A stretch of DNA of 64,000 bases, taken from Gemmatimonadota bacterium (GTDB lineage Bacteria > Gemmatimonadota > Gemmatimonadetes > Gemmatimonadales > Gemmatimonadaceae). Where the stretch lies: positions 94,218-158,217 of the forward strand of contig JAZJZK010000015.1 in NCBI GenBank assembly GCA_040389905.1, read 5' to 3'. The position numbers were made by a program, and so were the translations under genes. The first letter of the stretch is position 1; every line of letters begins with the position of its first letter. Below the pieces are notes generated by a model that worked only from the letters and a program-made list of their open reading frames with translations, did no database searches and was not told the origin of the DNA. Shown piece by piece: positions 59,026 to 64,000 of this stretch.

Positions 59026-60111
59026 ATGAGAGTGTTGTTCTATCACTCCTCGCCGCACTGGACGGGGTCCGCGCGCGCATTCGCCATGGCGGCACGTGGG
59101 CTCGGGAGACTCGGCGTGCCCGTCACGGTCGTGTGCCAGCAGGACACATCGGCGGAACGGGGTTTTATCGCCGCCGAGGTGGACGTTGTGCGGATGCCGA
59201 TCGGCGGGAGCGTGACGGGCGATGCATGGCGCTTGCGGAAGGTGCTGAAGGACAGGTTCATCGAAGTCGTCTTCCTTCACACCGAGCGCGAGCAGCTCGT
59301 CGCAAGCAGCGCGATGCGGCTGGCGGAGCGCGGTGCCGTCATCCGGCGCATCAGCGCGGGGGCGACCGTCAAGGAGGGACGCTCGGGCATCGTTTTCGGC
59401 AGAGTGACGACGACGCGGCTGCTCTTTTCGACGGAGCCCGATCGTGCCCGATCGCACATCGCGACAGCGGCCTTCGTGGCGCCACTCGGAGTTGACGTTG
59501 CGCCCGTTGAAAACGCGCGCGCGGAATCGCGAGCCCTGCTCAACGTGAGCGACGAGACGCAACTCATCGCGTGTGTCATCGATACCAAAGCCGGGAGTCG
59601 AATCACCACGGCGATGCGCACGCTTGCGATGCTGGCGGGCCGGCATCCCGATCTGCGCCTCGCCCTCGTTGGTCGCGCCGCCGATGCCGATGACGTGCGC
59701 ATGCACGCCGCCGCGCTTGGCGTCACGCCACTCGTGCAGTTCCTCGGCGAACGGTACGACGCGCCGGCGGTTCTTGCCGCCGCCGACCTCGGCTGGGTGG
59801 CTGCGGAGGGCGACGAAGGCGCGTTCGCGTGTCTCGACTTCATGGCCGCGCGAGTCCCTGTTGTCGCGGAGCGCTCACCCCTCGTATCGCACTACGTGCC
59901 CGATGGAATCGCCGGTGTACTCCTGCCGCCCGCCGATCCCAGTGACACCGCATCAGCCGTCGCTCGCTTCCTGGGTGATGCGGCGAAGCGCAGCGCCATG
60001 GGTAATGCCGGCCGCACGCGCGTGAAGCGTGATTTCGGCGAAACGGCGATGATCAACGGGTTCGGCGCCGCCGCGCAGGCCGCGAGCGACCGCTCAACGT
60101 GGGCGGTATGA
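59026..60111 (+). CDS. Glycosyltransferase family 4 (GT-B), divergent
   Basis: MRVLF, L.LVG, VQFLGER.D...VLAAAD, DFMAARVPVV, DG..G.L; the E-x7-E motif is altered. Confidence 0.8.
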   Translation: MRVLFYHSSPHWTGSARAFAMAARGLGRLGVPVTVVCQQDTSAERGFIAAEVDVVRMPIGGSVTGDAWRLRKVLKDRFIEVVFLHTEREQLVASSAMRLAERGAVIRRISAGATVKEGRSGIVFGRVTTTRLLFSTEPDRARSHIATAAFVAPLGVDVAPVENARAESRALLNVSDETQLIACVIDTKAGSRITTAMRTLAMLAGRHPDLRLALVGRAADADDVRMHAAALGVTPLVQFLGERYDAPAVLAAADLGWVAAEGDEGAFACLDFMAARVPVVAERSPLVSHYVPDGIAGVLLPPADPSDTASAVARFLGDAAKRSAMGNAGRTRVKRDFGETAMINGFGAAAQAASDRSTWAV

Positions 60112-61034
60112 TCAAGGGCTCGAAGCTCGCCCACCATCTCGAGTATTCCGCCATTCGTGCCGCGGTCGCACTGCTTCGCCGCATGAGCTTTCGGCGTGCC
60201 GGCATGATCGGGGAGTGGATTGGGGCCCTTGGCTTTCGTCCGCTTGGCATCCGGCGGGCGGTCGTCGAGCGCCAGGTGAGAGCCGCCTTTCCCGGATTGG
60301 CCGAAGACGAGGTGCTGCGCATCGCGCGCGAGTCGTACGAGAACCTGGGCCGGACATTCATCGAAACGGCGCTCCTTCCGACGTATTCCAGCGAAGAGAT
60401 CGTTGCGCTCGTTTCGCGGGTGGAGGGTTGGGATGTTGTCGAGCGTGCACGGGCCGCAGGGCAGGGTTTCCTTCTGGTCGCCGGCCATCTTGGCAACTGG
60501 GAGCTGGGCGGTTCCTACATTGCGTCACGAGGTATCGGGCTCGAGGCCGTCGCGCGCCGCATGCAGAATCCCCTCTTCGATCGCTATCTCACCGAAACAC
60601 GCCGGCGCATCGGCGTCCATGTCATCCACGACGCGGACGCGGTGAAGCGCGTTCCAAGAGCAGTGCGCGAAGGACGAGCCGTCGGCTTCCTGTTCGATCA
60701 GGGAGCGGCTGGTCTGGCCTCGACGTGGGTTCCCTTCTTCGGCCGGTATGCGAAAACGCCTCGAGGTCCGGCAGTGTTTGCCCTCCGCCTCGACGTCCCC
60801 CTCATCTTCACAGCAGCGGTCCGCGAACGCGATGGCACCTACACCTCGTATTTCGAAGAGATTGCGGTTCCGCGGACCGGAAATCGGGAAGCCGACGTCG
60901 ACATGATCGTCGCGTCGTACACGAGCACGCTAGAGCGGTGGGTGCGCCGCTATCCCGCGCAGTACTTTTGGCATCATCGTCGCTGGAAGCACCAGCGCCC
61001 CGGTACGCCACCGGAGCTTGGAGACCCCTCATGA
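60108..61034 (+). CDS. Lipid A/lysophospholipid acyltransferase (LpxL/HtrB family)
   Basis: AFP, GHLGNWE, DQ, VPFFG, P.QYFW.HRRWK. Confidence 0.9.
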   Translation: MIKGSKLAHHLEYSAIRAAVALLRRMSFRRAGMIGEWIGALGFRPLGIRRAVVERQVRAAFPGLAEDEVLRIARESYENLGRTFIETALLPTYSSEEIVALVSRVEGWDVVERARAAGQGFLLVAGHLGNWELGGSYIASRGIGLEAVARRMQNPLFDRYLTETRRRIGVHVIHDADAVKRVPRAVREGRAVGFLFDQGAAGLASTWVPFFGRYAKTPRGPAVFALRLDVPLIFTAAVRERDGTYTSYFEEIAVPRTGNREADVDMIVASYTSTLERWVRRYPAQYFWHHRRWKHQRPGTPPELGDPS

Positions 61035-61891
61035 ACGAACGAGCGAAGAGAGCGCTGCGGCGCGACAAGCGGGCGTGGTTCGGGGTGAGCGTGATCGTCC
61101 TGATCGTGCTGCTCGCCGTACTGGCCCCCGTCGTCTCGCGCCATGATCCCTTGCACATCGAGCTCGTGAACCAGCTTCAAGGGCCATCGCGAACGCACTG
61201 GTTGGGCACAGATTTCTACGGGCGCGACGTATGGGCCCGACTGGTCTTCGGCGCGCGCGTGTCGCTCTCGGCGGGTATCGTTTCGCAATCGATCGCGCTG
61301 CTCATTGGTTTGACGATGGGCCTCATCGCCGGCTACTACGGCGGGTGGATCGACGAAGTCGTCATGCGTCTCGCCGACGTGACACTCGCGTTCCCGACGC
61401 TTCTCCTGTTGATCGCAATGGCGGCAGCGCTCCAGCCATCGCTCGGCGTCGTCTTCCTGACGATTGGCATCGTGGGTTGGGCCGGCATGGCTCGCCTTGT
61501 TCGCGGTCAGGTGCTGGTGGTCCGCCAGCTGGAATTCGTGCAGGCGTCGAAGGCGTTGGGCTCCCGCGACATCAGGGTTGTCCTTCAGCACGTACTCCCA
61601 AGCGTGGTCGCTCCCGTCCTCATTGCGGCGACACTCGGGGTCGCCGCGGCAATCATGGCCGAGTCGGCGCTGTCATTTCTCGGCTTGGGCGTCCAGCCGC
61701 CGACGCCAAGCTGGGGGTCGATGATCGCAGACGGGCGCGATCTGAATCAATTGCGCAATGCGCCGTGGACCTCACTGGCTCCGGGTTTGGCGATCGGAGC
61801 GGCGGTGCTTGGCTTCAATCTGCTTGGTGATGCGCTGCGTGATGCGCTCGATCCGCGGAGCACATCGAAGAACATCATGCCTACTGTCTAA
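61031..61891 (+). CDS. Peptide ABC transporter permease (DppC/OppC-like)
   Basis: HWLGTD..GRD, GARVSL, ARLVRGQ, ESALSFLGLG, PSWG.MI, FNLLGDALRDALDP. Confidence 0.94.
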   Translation: MNERAKRALRRDKRAWFGVSVIVLIVLLAVLAPVVSRHDPLHIELVNQLQGPSRTHWLGTDFYGRDVWARLVFGARVSLSAGIVSQSIALLIGLTMGLIAGYYGGWIDEVVMRLADVTLAFPTLLLLIAMAAALQPSLGVVFLTIGIVGWAGMARLVRGQVLVVRQLEFVQASKALGSRDIRVVLQHVLPSVVAPVLIAATLGVAAAIMAESALSFLGLGVQPPTPSWGSMIADGRDLNQLRNAPWTSLAPGLAIGAAVLGFNLLGDALRDALDPRSTSKNIMPTV

Positions 61892-62091
61892 GGGCGAGGG
61901 GCCAGGGGTTAGTTTGGGGGGCTAGGAGTTTAGGGGACAGGGACAGGAGACAGCGGCGGATGGGCAATGGCGAGGATGTTGTCGTATGCAGTTATGGTTG
62001 TTTTGTCGCCCTGAGCGAAGCGAAGGGCCCGCACCTCTGTGCCGCTGTTCCTAGCACCTAGCTCCTAGCATCCCGCACCTCGCACCTCGCC
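61892..62091. repeat. Heptamer-like purine/pyrimidine arms enclosing a 36-bp REP-like unit
   Basis: GGGGACA/GGAGACA/GGGCTAG left arm; 62001-62036 identical to 55539-55574; CTAGCAC/CTCGCAC right arm. Confidence 0.9.
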
Positions 62092-62094
62092 AAC

Positions 62095-63231
62095 ATGCTC
62101 GACACCGCCACAATCCGCCGCACCGAGTTTCCGTGGATGGATGCGCGGGAGACTGTCTATATGAACGCGGCCAGTACCGGTCCGCTCCCAGGTCGCTCAG
62201 TGGATGCGCAGGTGGACATGACGCGCCGCCGAGCAGCGCCGCATCTGGTGACTTTCGACGATCAATTCGGCGCGCTCGCCACCTGCCGCACACTTGTCGC
62301 CGAGATGATCAACGCCACCGAAGGCGAGGTCGCTCTGGCCACGAACACCGGCGCGGGTATCAACCTCGCCGCCTGGGGACTTTCCCTCGACGCGGGAGAC
62401 GAAGTCGTCGTCCCGGATGGCGAGTTTCCAGCCAACATGTATCCCTGGCTCGGGGCGGCCGCGGCGCGCGGGTTCGCCGTGCACGTGGTTCCGCTGCGGA
62501 GCGGCGTCCTCGATGAGGATGCCGTTCTTCTCGCCCTCGATCGGCCGAGGGTGCGTGTGCTGTCAGTTTCCTGGGTCGGGTTTTCGAGTGGCGCGGTGGC
62601 GAACCTCGATCGTCTCGGTGCCGCATGTCGTGAACGCGGAATCACGTTCGTCGTCGATGGTATCCAGGGCCTCGGCGCCTTGACGCTGGATGTAAAACGA
62701 ACGCCCGTCGATATCTTCGCCTGCGGCGCCCAGAAATGGCTACTGGGACCGTGGGGATCCGGCTTCACCTACGTTCGGCGTGAAGTGATTCCCTCCGTGA
62801 CGCCACAGCCGGTGAGCTGGATGGCCGTACGCGGCTCCGACGACTTCTCTCGCTTGGCGGACTATGACCTCACCTGGCGCGACGATGCGCGCCGGTTCGA
62901 ACAGGTGACGCTGCCGTATCAGGATTTCGCCGGTATGGCTGCGGGGCTGGAATTTCTTCGCGACACCGGCGTCAGTGCCGTGTCAGCGCACATCACCGAA
63001 TGTGCCGACCAGTTGCTTCGCGGCGCGCAGACACTTGGTATTCCGCTCGTGTCATCGCTCGTCTATCACGCCGGCATCGCGTCGATCCGTCCGGAGCATG
63101 CGAGTCGCGCGAGCGATCGGCTCACGTCCGCGGGAGTGATTCATTCCCTGCGCGAGGGCACGATTCGGCTTGCGCCCCACTGCTACACGGACGCCGCGGA
63201 CATCGGCGCGACGCTCGGCGCGTTGTCCTGA
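62095..63231 (+). CDS. Class V PLP-dependent aminotransferase
   Basis: YMNAASTGP, EFPAN, VDGIQGLG, QKWLLGP.G.G, IRLAPH.Y. Confidence 0.9.
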   Translation: MLDTATIRRTEFPWMDARETVYMNAASTGPLPGRSVDAQVDMTRRRAAPHLVTFDDQFGALATCRTLVAEMINATEGEVALATNTGAGINLAAWGLSLDAGDEVVVPDGEFPANMYPWLGAAAARGFAVHVVPLRSGVLDEDAVLLALDRPRVRVLSVSWVGFSSGAVANLDRLGAACRERGITFVVDGIQGLGALTLDVKRTPVDIFACGAQKWLLGPWGSGFTYVRREVIPSVTPQPVSWMAVRGSDDFSRLADYDLTWRDDARRFEQVTLPYQDFAGMAAGLEFLRDTGVSAVSAHITECADQLLRGAQTLGIPLVSSLVYHAGIASIRPEHASRASDRLTSAGVIHSLREGTIRLAPHCYTDAADIGATLGALS

Positions 63232-63249
63232 CGCTGTCCCATCGACCGG

Positions 63250-63744
63250 TCAACTCTTGAGGGGCAGCGCACAGCCCTGTGCGAACACGATGGCGTCGAA
63301 CGTCCGCGGCTTGGTCGGCTTCCACGGCACCGCGTCAAGCGCGTCGACCGCGATAGCCTCTTGCCTTGCCGGAGGTTCGTCATCGAGGGACGAAGTCGAC
63401 GACACCGACTTGTAGTCCGGGAGCTCGCCGCCTCCCTTGCACTGCAGTGCAATCCGCAGCAATTCGCGATTCACTCGACGTCCGTTGACCGTCATTGGTA
63501 AAGAGTGGCGAGTCTCGAACCACACCAGTCGACTCCCGTCCGTCCGCGCTCGCGCACCGACAGTGTCGATTGCAATGCGAACCGTCGACCCGGGTTGATC
63601 CGGATTGGCCCGTTCGAGAAGTGAGAGCCAGCCGGGGGCGAGGGCCGGCATTGGCGGTGCTTCGGTCGCCGTGTCCTTGGCGCACCCGCCCAACAAAGCG
63701 AGGCAGCCGAACACGCGTATGATTCGCAGGGCATGAGTTTGCAT
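63250..63744 (-). CDS. Hypothetical lipoprotein (surface-adhesin-E-like fold possible)
   Basis: Lipobox LGGC; IDT......G...VW, two Cys, W.P.KP.T near the C-terminus. Confidence 0.6.
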   Translation of the reverse strand: MQTHALRIIRVFGCLALLGGCAKDTATEAPPMPALAPGWLSLLERANPDQPGSTVRIAIDTVGARARTDGSRLVWFETRHSLPMTVNGRRVNRELLRIALQCKGGGELPDYKSVSSTSSLDDEPPARQEAIAVDALDAVPWKPTKPRTFDAIVFAQGCALPLKS

Positions 63745-63832
63745 GCTTCTACAACTTCGTGGGCGGAGCCGATCGTCACACGCGCTCGCTTCGGTTTCAA
63801 GCCGATTGTTTCTAGTGGACACTCGCGACCAC

Positions 63833-63952
63833 TAATAGTGGAAGCGTTGTCACCCCGATAATAATGGAAGCGTTGTCACCCGAGCGAAGTCGAGGGGTCG
63901 GCACGTTCCGCGTGTGTACAAGGTGCAGACCCGATCGACTCGCTGCGCTCGC
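63833..63952. repeat. REP-like pair with a tandemly duplicated left end
   Basis: TAATAGTGGAAGCGTTGTCACCCCGA / TAATAATGGAAGCGTTGTCACCCGA in tandem, then GAGCGAAGTCGAGGGGTCGGCAC...GTGCAGACCC..GACTCGCTGCGCTCGC. Confidence 0.8.
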
Positions 63953-64000
63953 GAGACTGTGTAAGAACGCTCGTTGCATGGCGGTGCGGTAATAAGGGCG

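Noticed and set aside
63833..63883. Direct repeat of about 25 bp as a CRISPR array
   Set aside because: Only two adjacent copies, no spacer and no cas genes; it overlaps a REP-like unit.

Overview
High-GC, gene-dense chromosomal segment from a diderm bacterium. Gemmatimonadota is my best guess from gene content and style, not from a database search. It holds about 60 CDS and is mostly core genome: a partial sigma-70 gene, aroB, a PduO-type cobalamin adenosyltransferase, a ferredoxin-NADP reductase, peptide ABC genes, tamA/tamB, a hybrid kinase with an NtrC-like regulator, a cytochrome c-FTR1 iron permease, yebC-ruvC-ruvA...ruvB-queA-tgt-yajC-def-fmt-thiE-rsmB-PASTA-rpe-tlpA-tsaD-lgt, and a PorX-like regulator followed by msbA-GT4-lpxL. 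I saw no rRNA, tRNA, CRISPR array, transposase, integrase or prophage gene. Main unexplained signals: (1) most long intergenic regions hold palindromic repeats from at least four families, repeatedly nested inside one another; (2) a TANNNT (mostly TAnCTT) box lies 5-7 nt before many first-in-operon start codons, suggesting leaderless transcription; (3) several atypical proteins: an NtrC-like protein without GAFTGA, coupled to an 8-Cys microprotein and cell-wall peptidases; a DnaB C-terminal-only paralog with altered motifs; an ECF/anti-sigma/mini-secretin-like module between ruvA and ruvB; and a stand-alone TonB-plug-like lipoprotein. All products are inferred from motifs read by eye.
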